Sequence record: NC_048077.1
Reading direction: 5' to 3' (one strand)
DNA length: 64,000 bases
This document shows, in pieces, positions 19,920 to 29,698 of the stretch (positions within the stretch are counted from its first letter, which is position 1; each line of letters opens with the position of its first letter). A program made the position numbers and the translations under genes. The notes under the pieces are model-generated. The model was not told where the DNA came from, ran no database searches, and saw only the letters and a list, made by a program, of their open reading frames with translations.

Positions 19920-20198
19920 ATGAATATGACCACTTTAACCCCGCTCGACCGCAAGAATGTTCAGACCGTGCTTACTGTTCTTTTCGAGGAAAAAGAATCC
20001 GAACGGAAGAGAAAGAACTTACGTGTAAGCACACGGCAGTTTTTGAAACTGGCGCATATTCCTTCTGTACGAAAAACGGAAGCGCTTGATATGATCAAAA
20101 CGGTTTCACGTTCTGCCAAATTCAGATCGACGTTTGGCAAATGGATAATGACAATCGATCAGGCAAACAGAGATAGCATTTTATTCATGCAGCCTTAA
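19920..20198 (+). CDS. small basic protein, possible winged-helix family member
   Basis: NLRVSTRQFLKLAH...FRSTFGKWIM; similar pattern to 45226, 47514, 48313. Confidence 0.6.
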   Translation: MNMTTLTPLDRKNVQTVLTVLFEEKESERKRKNLRVSTRQFLKLAHIPSVRKTEALDMIKTVSRSAKFRSTFGKWIMTIDQANRDSILFMQP

Positions 20199-20206
20199 AC
20201 ATTGTG

Positions 20207-20231
20207 AAGGGCATTCGAAAGAGTGCTCTTT
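20207..20231 (+). terminator. intrinsic terminator-like hairpin
   Basis: AAGGGCATTC-GAAA-GAGTGCTCTTT. Confidence 0.55.
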
Positions 20232-20262
20232 GAAATGTTAACAACCCAATAAGGAAATAGTT

Positions 20263-20691
20263 ATGACTCGTCGCATTTACCCACGTCGCAATGAAGTTTA
20301 TACGCTGGCTCAAATTCAAAACGAACTGGCATTGCGCGATGGCCCTTCGCTAAACTTTGTTGTGCGTGCGAAAGACGGCTCAAAAATTGAAGCCTGCTTG
20401 CAAGATTCGCATGTAACGGAAGCGGAACTTTTATCGGTTCCCGGTTTCGCTGATTCGAAATGGCGCTACCACTACGAAACCCACGAATGGATTCCGGTGT
20501 TCTACTACTCCGATGAAAACGAAAAACCGATTACGGATTTCATCGACTTTGAAGAACATATCGATCCATATCGCAAGGAACCGGATCTGTGGTGTACGCC
20601 GAAAGGTTTTCCACGCGAACAGTATTACTATCGCGATGAGCATGGTGTGATTCGCCGCCGTCATGATGGTAAGCGTCACAACGAATACTAA
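20263..20691 (+). CDS. hypothetical protein
   Basis: SD AAGGA. Confidence 0.75.
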   Translation: MTRRIYPRRNEVYTLAQIQNELALRDGPSLNFVVRAKDGSKIEACLQDSHVTEAELLSVPGFADSKWRYHYETHEWIPVFYYSDENEKPITDFIDFEEHIDPYRKEPDLWCTPKGFPREQYYYRDEHGVIRRRHDGKRHNEY

Positions 20692-20750
20692 AAGATGGAT
20701 GGGGATCATCAAATCCCCCTCCTTTGGTTTAAGAATAGGGAAAAACGGTA

Positions 20751-21098
20751 ATGGCTTTTCAATCCTTAAAATCTGCGCGTGTTGATATTTCCAAATCCAA
20801 AGAAGTTCAAAAAGACTTTGCAAGCCTTTGCTATACCGGGGCGTTGCGTCTAGCTGTCCGTAAAGATATTCGCGATGAAATAGAAGTTGATTTTGAAACC
20901 CTATCTCTGCGTTTTCCTGTCAAATATTACTGCCCCGGAAGCCCGAAACTGAGTCTATCTATCGGGCAGTCAGTCGCACAACAATTTTTAAAAGATCCGC
21001 GATTAGTTTCTAGTTCAAACCGCACGTTGCGTACCACAAACATAACCCGCGACGGTGCTTACGCTATTCTCCACTTTTTACAGGAAGAAAAATCATGA
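20751..21098 (+). CDS. hypothetical protein
   Basis: SD AGGG. Confidence 0.7.
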   Translation: MAFQSLKSARVDISKSKEVQKDFASLCYTGALRLAVRKDIRDEIEVDFETLSLRFPVKYYCPGSPKLSLSIGQSVAQQFLKDPRLVSSSNRTLRTTNITRDGAYAILHFLQEEKS

Positions 21099-21388
21099 GT
21101 GCAATATCCGATGATATGAAAAAACACAACGGCTCTTTCACACGCACGGCAAGCAGTACACATTGCTGTTCGTTGTGGCACATTCCGGGAATGTGTGATT
21201 ATCATCTTGCAAAGTCTGTTGTTGTTTTCTTTGACAACAAAGATGATGCAGAAAATTTCTGCCGTCCTAATTCCATGCCTCCGGAAATGTGCGAGGTTTA
21301 CGATTTCTCAAATAAAATTTGGGATGATCATTTCTCAATGGGCAAGTACGGCGAGTACGGAATCTTCACCCACGAAAATCACTGTTAA
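21095..21388 (+). CDS. hypothetical Cys/His-rich protein
   Basis: SD AGGA; ATGA overlap. Confidence 0.65.
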   Translation: MSAISDDMKKHNGSFTRTASSTHCCSLWHIPGMCDYHLAKSVVVFFDNKDDAENFCRPNSMPPEMCEVYDFSNKIWDDHFSMGKYGEYGIFTHENHC

Positions 21389-21397
21389 GGAATTGCT

Positions 21398-22183
21398 ATG
21401 AACAGCAAACTTGCTCTTATTGCTGCTATTTGTGTTGAAGCATTTACTAAGAACGAAACTGATAACATCGCAACGATTACCGTTCGTGCTCTCCTGCAAT
21501 CTGCGAACATCACAATCCAACCAAACAAAATCATTTTTGAAAGCGAAGACTTCGCTGATGATTGCGCTGTCGTTGCCGAACTTACTTGCGCTGGCGAAAA
21601 CATTCGCATCGAATCCAAAATGTACGACGATTCTTTTATGGATGAGTCGGATTTTGAGGATGCGCGTACCGTTGTTTTCTCCGAAGCAACTCACTCACTT
21701 CAATTCGTCTGTTCGCAATTGGCGAGTCTAACTCTCGATCCGGAATTCTCAATCGTTCCTCTGGAAGACACTCGCGTATGTGGTGTGAAAAATTCTTACG
21801 CCTCAGACAACGAAGACATACTTGATGAGTACGACGATTTTGAAGAACGCGATCCTGTTCAGCTTAAAGCAAAACGCATTGCTTTCTTGGACAAGCATTT
21901 CGGTTCTCCCGAATTTATTCGTATGTGCGAAGAGATTGACGTGCCTGCCTTTGAAAACAAAAAGCAAGCTATTTCCTATTTCGAGCATACGGAAGATGAT
22001 CCAGAATCAACAATGAGTATCGTTGATACGTTTGAAACGTACATGGAACTTGATACTTCCAGTTACGATTGGGATGACCGTTACGATTTGATGGAATCAA
22101 TCATTGAACGGATTGATAAAGATATCAAATCGAAAAATGATCGTAAGTCTCTTCTGTCAAAAATCCGCGAGTGGATAAAATGA
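21398..22183 (+). CDS. acidic hypothetical protein
   Basis: SD AAGGA; D/E-rich. Confidence 0.75.
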   Translation: MNSKLALIAAICVEAFTKNETDNIATITVRALLQSANITIQPNKIIFESEDFADDCAVVAELTCAGENIRIESKMYDDSFMDESDFEDARTVVFSEATHSLQFVCSQLASLTLDPEFSIVPLEDTRVCGVKNSYASDNEDILDEYDDFEERDPVQLKAKRIAFLDKHFGSPEFIRMCEEIDVPAFENKKQAISYFEHTEDDPESTMSIVDTFETYMELDTSSYDWDDRYDLMESIIERIDKDIKSKNDRKSLLSKIREWIK

Positions 22184-22788
22184 ATACTTTCAACGATTAT
22201 CTTGCTGCATTAACTTGCCTGCTTGCTGCGATTCTTGTTATTAATATTCTCAATCCGGAAGTGCGCTATGGCTTGCTGCGTTTCTTCACTGGAGATTATA
22301 CGGATGCGATTGAAGAGGCGTTGAGAACGAAAAAGTTCCCGACGCAATTTCAATATAAGACGGTGACTTTTTCTGGAGATCTTGTTAGCGCTGTTTGGCG
22401 TGCGACACTATCAAAATCTGAACACAAAGATATCGTTGTGATTCGTATTGGCGATGATCGAATTGCAGAGTGGATTCATTCCATCTATAAGTTTCCTGCG
22501 TGGCTCGGCTCACGTCGCATTCGTCTCGGCAGATGTTTTTACGAAGTGGTTCGTGCCGAAAGAAAAGATGATGGCCTGTATATGCACGTCTTGCACAAAA
22601 AATTGAATCCAATGTTTCGTTTTTACGTGGCAATTCAGATTCTGGCTATTGTTGGAATGTTTGGCATTTTGATCTACGCGGCATTCAAACACCAGAATCC
22701 GGAATTCTTTGAACCAGTGATCTACGGATCATTTATTCTTATGGCATTATCGTATCTCTCACTTCACATCAAAGGATCAAGTAAATGA
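22180..22788 (+). CDS. membrane protein
   Basis: One N-terminal and two C-terminal hydrophobic segments; ATGA overlap. Confidence 0.7.
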   Translation: MNTFNDYLAALTCLLAAILVINILNPEVRYGLLRFFTGDYTDAIEEALRTKKFPTQFQYKTVTFSGDLVSAVWRATLSKSEHKDIVVIRIGDDRIAEWIHSIYKFPAWLGSRRIRLGRCFYEVVRAERKDDGLYMHVLHKKLNPMFRFYVAIQILAIVGMFGILIYAAFKHQNPEFFEPVIYGSFILMALSYLSLHIKGSSK

Positions 22789-23504
22789 AATCAATGACTC
22801 GCGTTATCTCAATTCTTGCCGGAACTGATGAACTGTCAGAGGCGTTTATTTCTGTTCTGCATAAAGCAGATGTAGACGTTAACGTAGATATCGACCGCGT
22901 TATTCTGCTCAACGATTATGGCTCTGCGACGTTGGTTCCAAACGATAACGCCGTTGAAATCGAATCATCCAATCTGCACGGCAGTCGCGTTATCATTAAT
23001 GATCCTGTTAGCGCGTTGTTGTTTGCGCTGTATCGTTTGAATCTGCGTCTTGACGTTGAAGATGAAGATCAGATTGGTGTTCTGCCTACCGGGTATCCGG
23101 TGCTTCCGGAACCGCGCTGCACGTTTGCCGATCATAGCGCGAAAGCATATACCAAAGAGCAAATGTTGGAATATGCGCGTGATGCTGTTGTTCGTTTTAC
23201 TGGCATGGCACCATTCGAAATTGAATCCGATCCGGTATCGTTTGACGATATGTACAAAGAGCACGCCGTAGAGTGGTGCGATCATTGTGGCGGTCAAATT
23301 GGTGATGACTGTTCCTGTGAAGATGGAGAGGCAGACGAAGACGAAGACGAAGACGAAGAATGGGAAGACGCTGATTGCGAACACTGCGGCTGCACCAATT
23401 GCGATTGCGACATTGACGAAGATGAGTGTCCTCGTTGCCACTCATCTTCATGTCAGTGTTTGCCAGATTTCGATGGTCAGGAAGATCCTGATCAAAGGAA
23501 ATAA
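22785..23504 (+). CDS. hypothetical protein with acidic Cys-rich C-terminus
   Basis: CDHCGG..CSC, CEHCGCTNCDC, CPRCHSSSCQC separated by D/E runs. Confidence 0.7.
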   Translation: MKSMTRVISILAGTDELSEAFISVLHKADVDVNVDIDRVILLNDYGSATLVPNDNAVEIESSNLHGSRVIINDPVSALLFALYRLNLRLDVEDEDQIGVLPTGYPVLPEPRCTFADHSAKAYTKEQMLEYARDAVVRFTGMAPFEIESDPVSFDDMYKEHAVEWCDHCGGQIGDDCSCEDGEADEDEDEDEEWEDADCEHCGCTNCDCDIDEDECPRCHSSSCQCLPDFDGQEDPDQRK

Positions 23505-23505
23505 A

Positions 23506-24186
23506 ATGCTGAAACTTATTTGTCCGGATATGATGCGCCCTACAACTGTGGGGCATTTCTACAGCATTGATCTCAACTGTGTAACCTGCACGCTGATTTA
23601 CGTCCCGATTAAGACCAGTGACGGCAAAGAAGTCATGCTCCCGGTTCAAGCTACAGAGGGGATTCGCGCCCCGCGTGTTTCTGTGGTGTACCGAATGCCG
23701 TGTCTTTATGTTACACATCCATCAACAACTCACGATAAAGGTTTTTCTTTATCTCATGCTATTCTGGAAGTAGACTCGCGCAATTTTGAGGAATCCGAAG
23801 AACTCTCTGAGTCTGCTTTGGATATCCACACAAGCTGTTTACTTCCGGGTTCACGAAAAGCAATACCCGGCGAAAGTTATTTGGTTCCGCTTTTCTGTCA
23901 CGAAATCAAAAACCCTTACCGTCCAGTTATTCAAACTGTCGCGAATAAAAATATTCGTTTGTATTCGCCGGAAGTAGATCGTTACTACGAAGAGATTCTA
24001 CCTACATGGGAATTTCCACAACCTATGTCGTGGGATGAGTTTAGAAAGAGTGTGTTGGAAGGAAAATTTTCTTTCAACTATCCTTTCGTTGTTCCGTCTG
24101 CGTCTCTTTATTTGGATGGCTATCATATGCCCGTCGAAGTGATGACCTACATCCACAATGAAACTCTCAAAAGAATTTTACGCTAA
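23506..24186 (+). CDS. hypothetical protein, paralog of 24235..24906
   Basis: ATG 23506, SD AAGGA; shares RLYSPEVDR[YF]Y..LP.WE. Confidence 0.75.
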   Translation: MLKLICPDMMRPTTVGHFYSIDLNCVTCTLIYVPIKTSDGKEVMLPVQATEGIRAPRVSVVYRMPCLYVTHPSTTHDKGFSLSHAILEVDSRNFEESEELSESALDIHTSCLLPGSRKAIPGESYLVPLFCHEIKNPYRPVIQTVANKNIRLYSPEVDRYYEEILPTWEFPQPMSWDEFRKSVLEGKFSFNYPFVVPSASLYLDGYHMPVEVMTYIHNETLKRILR

Positions 24187-24234
24187 CTGACTACGCAGGA
24201 TTCGTCCTGCGTAAAACTGAAATGGAGATTTGTT

Positions 24235-24906
24235 ATGATTCCTGCTACTCGCGTACCAACAACCGAAGGCAAATTCTTTAACATCGACAATCGCTGGCAA
24301 GAGCGCTATATTTTCGTTCTGCCAGTTAAAATTCTCAAGGAAGGTTCTGAGCCTAAACCTATCTTTATTTTAGTGCAAGCCGACAAAGATACGCCCCGCG
24401 CAATTCATGAATATGTGTTTCCTTCTTTGCATGTTCACTACTCTGATGAAGGAATTGCAAGTATCGAAGCTGTCCGTTTGGCTGTTCGTGCTCGTCTGTT
24501 TTTCCCGTTACCTTATGTAACCAGTCCTTTTGCATATATGGGTATGCTTCCGGATGTACGCGCAGCAAGAGAAGGAGAACATTTTCTTGTTCCTTTTCTG
24601 TGTGAACAGGATGGATTATTTTCTCCTAAAAATGCAGCGCGTCCGGCAATTAAGGTTTTAGCGGATTCAAACACTCGTCTGTATTCGCCGGAAGTTGATC
24701 GTTTCTACTCTGAGACTCTTCCATTGTGGGAAGATCCTGTTGATAGTTCGTGGACGGATATCTGTAAATCTATTTCTGAGGGACGCATTGAATTAGATTT
24801 CAATTGTCCTGTTCCTTCCGAATTTCTGCAAATGGAAAGCGATGTAATTCCGCAAGAATTTGTCCACCACGTTTTAACTGAGCGCCGGAAAAGGAACATG
24901 TTATGA
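24235..24906 (+). CDS. hypothetical protein, paralog of 23506..24186
   Basis: SD GGAG; co-linear similarity to upstream gene. Confidence 0.75.
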   Translation: MIPATRVPTTEGKFFNIDNRWQERYIFVLPVKILKEGSEPKPIFILVQADKDTPRAIHEYVFPSLHVHYSDEGIASIEAVRLAVRARLFFPLPYVTSPFAYMGMLPDVRAAREGEHFLVPFLCEQDGLFSPKNAARPAIKVLADSNTRLYSPEVDRFYSETLPLWEDPVDSSWTDICKSISEGRIELDFNCPVPSEFLQMESDVIPQEFVHHVLTERRKRNML

Positions 24907-25121
24907 ATCCATTACATGCCAGTCAAACCGCGTTCTATGTTCTTGGTTCAATCACGTTGCTGGCGCATCTTTTCTCTCTTGTGTATCGGTATATGAAGAT
25001 TGTTGAAATGCGTCAGAAGCGTCGTGCAAAAATTGCAAAACAGAAAACGCCTCTTGATAAACTTCGCTCGCGCTTGAAGCAGGCGAAACGTGAGGCGTAC
25101 TATCGACCGAAGAAACTCTAA
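24903..25121 (+). CDS. small membrane-anchored basic protein
   Basis: N-terminal TM segment, K/R-rich tail. Confidence 0.6.
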   Translation: MNPLHASQTAFYVLGSITLLAHLFSLVYRYMKIVEMRQKRRAKIAKQKTPLDKLRSRLKQAKREAYYRPKKL

Positions 25122-25130
25122 GGATAAATA

Positions 25131-25337
25131 ATGAGAACAAGTTTGTCTGTTGCGATCATGGCGATTCTAGCTGATCACCTTAACGTCAAAGTAGTGTGTC
25201 CACAAAGCGATGAAGAAGCGACGTGCGGTTGGTTCGAGCGTGAGGATAATAAAAGACCTGCACCACACTGGCAGACGCGAGCGCAATACAAGAAACTTGT
25301 CTTACCTAAGAGGTCACGTAAATCTAAACGGAGATAA
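25131..25337 (+). CDS. hypothetical protein
   Basis: SD AAGGA. Confidence 0.6.
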   Translation: MRTSLSVAIMAILADHLNVKVVCPQSDEEATCGWFEREDNKRPAPHWQTRAQYKKLVLPKRSRKSKRR

Positions 25338-25339
25338 CC

Positions 25340-25546
25340 ATGAAACAGTACGGAGAAAAAATTCTCGGATTACTTTGGTTTTTCGCTGCTCTTGCTGCTG
25401 GACTATTTTTTATTTTCTGGCTGAAAGAAAATCCCCCTGTTCGCACCGCTCGCTATGTTGCGATCTGTGTAGGCTTTATCGCGCTCTTGGTTATGACAAG
25501 CCAGCGCTCTTATTTCTATTTCAGAAAAGAGAGAAATCGCAGATGA
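25340..25546 (+). CDS. small two-TM membrane protein
   Basis: Two hydrophobic helices; SD GGAG. Confidence 0.65.
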   Translation: MKQYGEKILGLLWFFAALAAGLFFIFWLKENPPVRTARYVAICVGFIALLVMTSQRSYFYFRKERNRR

Positions 25547-26043
25547 ATACTTTGGCAACTCTGCTTTCAAGCATGGCTGAAATTGTCGCTAATCATGAAA
25601 CCATGAGCGAAGATGATGCACGCAATTTGTATTTCCGTCGCATTGCAAACGTGCGTGCCAAACTGTCTCGCAATTTAGATAGCACTTGGGATGATGACTC
25701 GCGTTCCTTGTTCGAGAGTTTGGAATCTGCTCGCACTCTTTCAGAGAACATAAAAGATTTTATCGCGTATCGAATCATTTTCTTTTGCGAAAAACGATTC
25801 AAAGATTTTGATTGGTCTTCAATGTCTGTAAGAGATCTACAGGCTTGGGGTTTTGTTCCTGCTGGTTTCACGCAGAACACAAATTTTCCGATGATGCGCA
25901 TTCCGCTTTATCTGGTTCCTGTTTTTCCAAAAGGCGTTGTGGTCATGAAAGAATCTATGGACGTTGGTTATCCGTGGACAGGCCGCGAAGACTTCACTTA
26001 TTCAAACGGCACCATTGATTATCGTCTGGTGTTAAGGAATTAA
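25543..26043 (+). CDS. hypothetical protein
   Basis: ATG 25543 (ATGA overlap) within ORF 25210..26043. Confidence 0.7.
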   Translation: MNTLATLLSSMAEIVANHETMSEDDARNLYFRRIANVRAKLSRNLDSTWDDDSRSLFESLESARTLSENIKDFIAYRIIFFCEKRFKDFDWSSMSVRDLQAWGFVPAGFTQNTNFPMMRIPLYLVPVFPKGVVVMKESMDVGYPWTGREDFTYSNGTIDYRLVLRN

Positions 26044-26044
26044 A

Positions 26045-26761
26045 ATGGCAAACCTTCTTAAACAGTGTGAACGTAAATTTATCTTTGCTGCCAATGCCGA
26101 ATCTATGTCGGCAATGAGCTACACGATCCATACTGCTGAAAAATTGGATTGTGGTAAGAAAGAAATTTACGTTGGCTTGCATTTCCAGCACGAAACAAAA
26201 GTGACTATTCATAACGAGGCCGCAATTCCTTTGAATGGTTTCGTTCGCAAACTGCGACTTCTGCATACCAAACTGATTGAGATTGTTGATGCAATGCGCG
26301 ATGAGAAGCCCGTTTGTTTCCGCGTCTGGCTCGATCAGGATGTGAAATATTTTACCTCGTCTATCTGTGCAATGATTGGCGAGAATGAATACGGTTTTGT
26401 TGAACTGTCGTCTTGCACAAAAACCATTCGTTTTAATCTGGACGAACGTGAAGAAATGCGTATCGGCTTTATCAACATGGCACTCTTCATTGCCGATCTT
26501 ATCGGATTGTTGCAGACTCGCTACAGTAAATATTTTATCGACGTAGAAAAACTGCGCAAAAGTATTCCGCGATTGAAGCGTGTTTTCGCAGAGCATGTTT
26601 CAACCTACAACATTCAGACGAAAGATGAATTCGACAAAGCATTGGAGAAGTTCATCGCAAAAGAATCACGCGGCGACAACGATGCTACTTCTTTCCTGTA
26701 TGCTGAGTTGGAACAGTACGCCGAAGATCTTCGTCTCGATAACGAACAGTGGGAACTCTAA
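26045..26761 (+). CDS. hypothetical protein
   Basis: SD AAGGA. Confidence 0.75.
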   Translation: MANLLKQCERKFIFAANAESMSAMSYTIHTAEKLDCGKKEIYVGLHFQHETKVTIHNEAAIPLNGFVRKLRLLHTKLIEIVDAMRDEKPVCFRVWLDQDVKYFTSSICAMIGENEYGFVELSSCTKTIRFNLDEREEMRIGFINMALFIADLIGLLQTRYSKYFIDVEKLRKSIPRLKRVFAEHVSTYNIQTKDEFDKALEKFIAKESRGDNDATSFLYAELEQYAEDLRLDNEQWEL

Positions 26762-27003
26762 TGGACAGACACTGCCGCGCTTTTGATTTGATAGTTCAGG
26801 AACTCAAGCGAGAACTTCGCAGCGAAGATATTGCGCCTGAGAAATTCGCACGTATTGAAAAAGCACTAACCGATCTGCGCGACCTGCATATCTATCAGGC
26901 AGTAGAATCTGGCCTTGAGCATAAAAATATTGCGCTTGGCTACAGCATGAGTACCGGGCGCGTTACTCAAACGCACAACGCAATGAAAAGGAAGTTCCCG
27001 TGA
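26761..27003 (+). CDS. hypothetical protein
   Basis: TAATG coupling. Confidence 0.6.
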   Translation: MDRHCRAFDLIVQELKRELRSEDIAPEKFARIEKALTDLRDLHIYQAVESGLEHKNIALGYSMSTGRVTQTHNAMKRKFP

Positions 27004-27461
27004 ACACTTTTCTAATGTTACCTACTGAGCATAATCTGGCTTACGCTTTTGGACACAAACAATTCAATAAGACAGATTCTGATTTAAATTTCTGGCGAGC
27101 GCATTTTAGTTCGCCTCGACTTATGGATGTTCGTTCCCATAAAAGTCTAGGCGCTCCGCAAGTTGGTTATTCTTTTATGAGCGATCATTCGATGCTCTGC
27201 GATAACCGATTCAAAACTGAGGCCATCACATATACAAATATGATGTGGCACAATTCGCTTGATAGTTTTCGCACTGATGATCCGAACTACCCTTATGTTG
27301 TTCAGATCTGGAGTGTGGAACCTAAAGAAATGTCTGAGCGGTTTTTAGCTGCTGCCGTTATTCTTTCCTTCACGGATTATGATCTCTCTGATCCGCGCAC
27401 TGGAATTGCTGTCAATGAAATGGCGTTGAAGTTTGACCTGCCTTTAAAACCTTTGGAGTGA
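27000..27461 (+). CDS. hypothetical protein
   Basis: GTGA overlap, SD AAGGA. Confidence 0.65.
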   Translation: MNTFLMLPTEHNLAYAFGHKQFNKTDSDLNFWRAHFSSPRLMDVRSHKSLGAPQVGYSFMSDHSMLCDNRFKTEAITYTNMMWHNSLDSFRTDDPNYPYVVQIWSVEPKEMSERFLAAAVILSFTDYDLSDPRTGIAVNEMALKFDLPLKPLE

Positions 27462-28084
27462 TTATGTCTCATCTGTTCACGCTGACGCACCGTAGACAAA
27501 AACAGAAACCATCGAATCACGAACATTACCACGGCGATTTCTGTGAGAAACAGTATCTGATTGGTATGCGCCTCTCTGCTTATGCAAAAGAACTGCGCAA
27601 ACAGATCAAGTTTAAACGCAACTCTATCGAAACGCTGCGTAGGCATCTTTGCAAAAGCGATAATCACGAACTTTATTGGAAAGAAGTTCGTGATGCCAAA
27701 AACAATCCTGTAACTCTTGCTGAGTTACGGGACAAGTTAGCGAAGACGGAAGCAATGCTCCGCACGGTTAAAGTTAACTATGAACTTGCTTTCATGGTTT
27801 CTCGTTCATTTGACCGCGCTGCTATTCAGAATAGAATTGTGTGGGAATCTCATCGCCTCGGAAAGAAAGTTTTTGATGCTGAGTTTCAAACCGATTTGAT
27901 AATCGGAATCGCAAGCGCTAAAGATTCAGAAGTCTCTGCGGTTCAAACCAAAATTCTGAAAGGTCGTGAAGTTCACTGTTCGAGTGGCGCATTCTTTTCG
28001 CTGCCTCCCGAAAATGAATTCGGAAAGCATTTGCAGTTTCCCGTAACTCACACAATTCGCATGACAGCTAAAGGTGAAAAATGA
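27458..28084 (+). CDS. hypothetical protein
   Basis: ORF in gene run (GTG 27458 or ATG 27464). Confidence 0.7.
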   Translation: MIMSHLFTLTHRRQKQKPSNHEHYHGDFCEKQYLIGMRLSAYAKELRKQIKFKRNSIETLRRHLCKSDNHELYWKEVRDAKNNPVTLAELRDKLAKTEAMLRTVKVNYELAFMVSRSFDRAAIQNRIVWESHRLGKKVFDAEFQTDLIIGIASAKDSEVSAVQTKILKGREVHCSSGAFFSLPPENEFGKHLQFPVTHTIRMTAKGEK

Positions 28085-28623
28085 AAGGCAGAAGTGTTGG
28101 CGTAACTTTAACTTATTTTCTTCGACACAATCCTGCGCAGATCGGATTGGAAATGGATTCGCAGGGTTGGGTTGATGCACGCGATTTGGTGAACAAGTGC
28201 GATAAGCTGGTTGATATGGATCAGCTAATCTCTGTTGTGAAAAATGACGAGAAACGTCGCTTCGAATTTACAGACGATTTTAAAAAGATTCGTTGCGCAC
28301 AAGGTCACTCGCTCGACTTCGTGAAAATTGATTATGAGTCTTTAGTGCCTCCGGATATTCTTTATCACGGAACCAACATCAATAACGTTAACGATATTCT
28401 GATTAACGGCGTGCGCAGTATGAATCGAAATCTGGTTCATCTTTCTCACGATTGGGTAACGGCTGAAAATGTCGGTTCGCGGAAGAAAGCTGTTTGCCGT
28501 GTTCTCTACATTAGTGCGCGTGCGATGCACGATGCTGGCTATAAGCTGTATCGCTCAAACAACGGCGTATGGCTAACGGATTTCGTGCCGCCTGAGTTTA
28601 TCCGGGCAGATAAACCCGCATAA
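28081..28623 (+). CDS. kptA: NAD-dependent RNA 2'-phosphotransferase (Tpt1/KptA)
   Basis: LRH.P..GL.MD..GWV, DEKRRF, IRCAQGHS, LYHGT, RNLVHLS, VG.R, NGVWLTDFVPPEF. Confidence 0.93.
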   Translation: MKGRSVGVTLTYFLRHNPAQIGLEMDSQGWVDARDLVNKCDKLVDMDQLISVVKNDEKRRFEFTDDFKKIRCAQGHSLDFVKIDYESLVPPDILYHGTNINNVNDILINGVRSMNRNLVHLSHDWVTAENVGSRKKAVCRVLYISARAMHDAGYKLYRSNNGVWLTDFVPPEFIRADKPA

Positions 28624-28680
28624 CTCCGCAAATCCCTGTCCAAAAATCCGCTGTCTTTTCGCAAGCCTTTCCTGTATCCT
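28623..28680 (+). promoter_or_regulatory. class-I phage promoter
   Basis: ACTCCGCAAA..TGTCCAAAAA 28637-28646, 28 nt, TATCCT 28675-28680. Confidence 0.7.
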
Positions 28681-28725
28681 AAAGGGGAAGGCTTTTCCGT
28701 TTAAACCCAAACTAAAGGATTATAT

Positions 28726-29118
28726 ATGAAACCGTTAACTACTCCCGTTGAACTTCCTGAATACCTGCGTGCTGCTTACTCGGATATGACTGACGCTCTT
28801 TCCGATCAGTTTGAGAAGCACGGTTTAGACCAGCAAGAAATTGCAACTTATCTTGCGGCGCAATTAGTTTCTTTGCTTCCGGATCTCGGCGTGACAAGTT
28901 TAACTCCGATCCTGCATACAACTCTTCCGGTTCGTGTCGGTCTTTTAGATGCGCATGAAAATTCTGTAGCGCTGATGGAAAAGATCGAACAGTTGGATGA
29001 CGATTCTGTTGATGAATACATTCAACAACTGCGCAAAAGTAATCTCGCGCCTGAGAAGTTTTCTTGCAAAAACATTGCGCGTAAATGGTTACGTCTTTTC
29101 ATGGCAACAAATAAGTAA
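28726..29118 (+). CDS. hypothetical protein
   Basis: SD AAGGA. Confidence 0.75.
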   Translation: MKPLTTPVELPEYLRAAYSDMTDALSDQFEKHGLDQQEIATYLAAQLVSLLPDLGVTSLTPILHTTLPVRVGLLDAHENSVALMEKIEQLDDDSVDEYIQQLRKSNLAPEKFSCKNIARKWLRLFMATNK

Positions 29119-29127
29119 GGAATAGAA

Positions 29128-29385
29128 ATGGCAGTTGGTTTCACAAAAGATGATGGTGTGCATGACACTATCGAAAGCAACACTCAAAACGAAATTGATT
29201 ATGCTCGCGCACAACTTATGGGCGCTGGAAGCAAACACTGTTTAGAGTGTGGTACGAAAATTCCAGAGGCGCGACATAAAGTAATGCCTAACGCAAAATA
29301 CTGCGTCGCTCATCAAGCTGAACATGACGGTTCATCTTACACTTACTACAACCGTCGCGGTTCGAAAGACTCTCAACTGAGGTGA
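29128..29385 (+). CDS. ybiI: DksA/TraR-family zinc-finger protein (YbiI-like)
   Basis: MAVGF..DD, CLECG..IPEAR..MP..YCVAHQ, C-terminal YNRRGSKDSQLR as in enterobacterial YbiI. Confidence 0.9.
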   Translation: MAVGFTKDDGVHDTIESNTQNEIDYARAQLMGAGSKHCLECGTKIPEARHKVMPNAKYCVAHQAEHDGSSYTYYNRRGSKDSQLR

Positions 29386-29696
29386 ATATGGAATGGTTTC
29401 TAGTTGCGTTTGGTCTGCGTTATCCTTCGGCAGAATACGCACTGAATATGTCTAAGGCGTGCGTGCAAATTTCTCCAACGTCCTATGTTGTCAAAAGCAA
29501 AACAGGATTTGCAGACGCAGTAAACAAAGAGACTGCCAGACTCTCTATTACGCACGCGATTCCGGACACGTTGAAGAAACGTGAAGCACATTTAAAACAA
29601 GCGTCGGATATTAGATATCCGTGCATGATTTTCTTTTCCGACGATTCAATGCAGATCGTAAATATTGATTACGATCAATCTGACGCTATGGAGTGA
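29382..29696 (+). CDS. hypothetical protein
   Basis: SD GAGGT; GTG 29382 or ATG 29388. Confidence 0.6.
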   Translation: MNMEWFLVAFGLRYPSAEYALNMSKACVQISPTSYVVKSKTGFADAVNKETARLSITHAIPDTLKKREAHLKQASDIRYPCMIFFSDDSMQIVNIDYDQSDAME

Positions 29697-29698
29697 TT

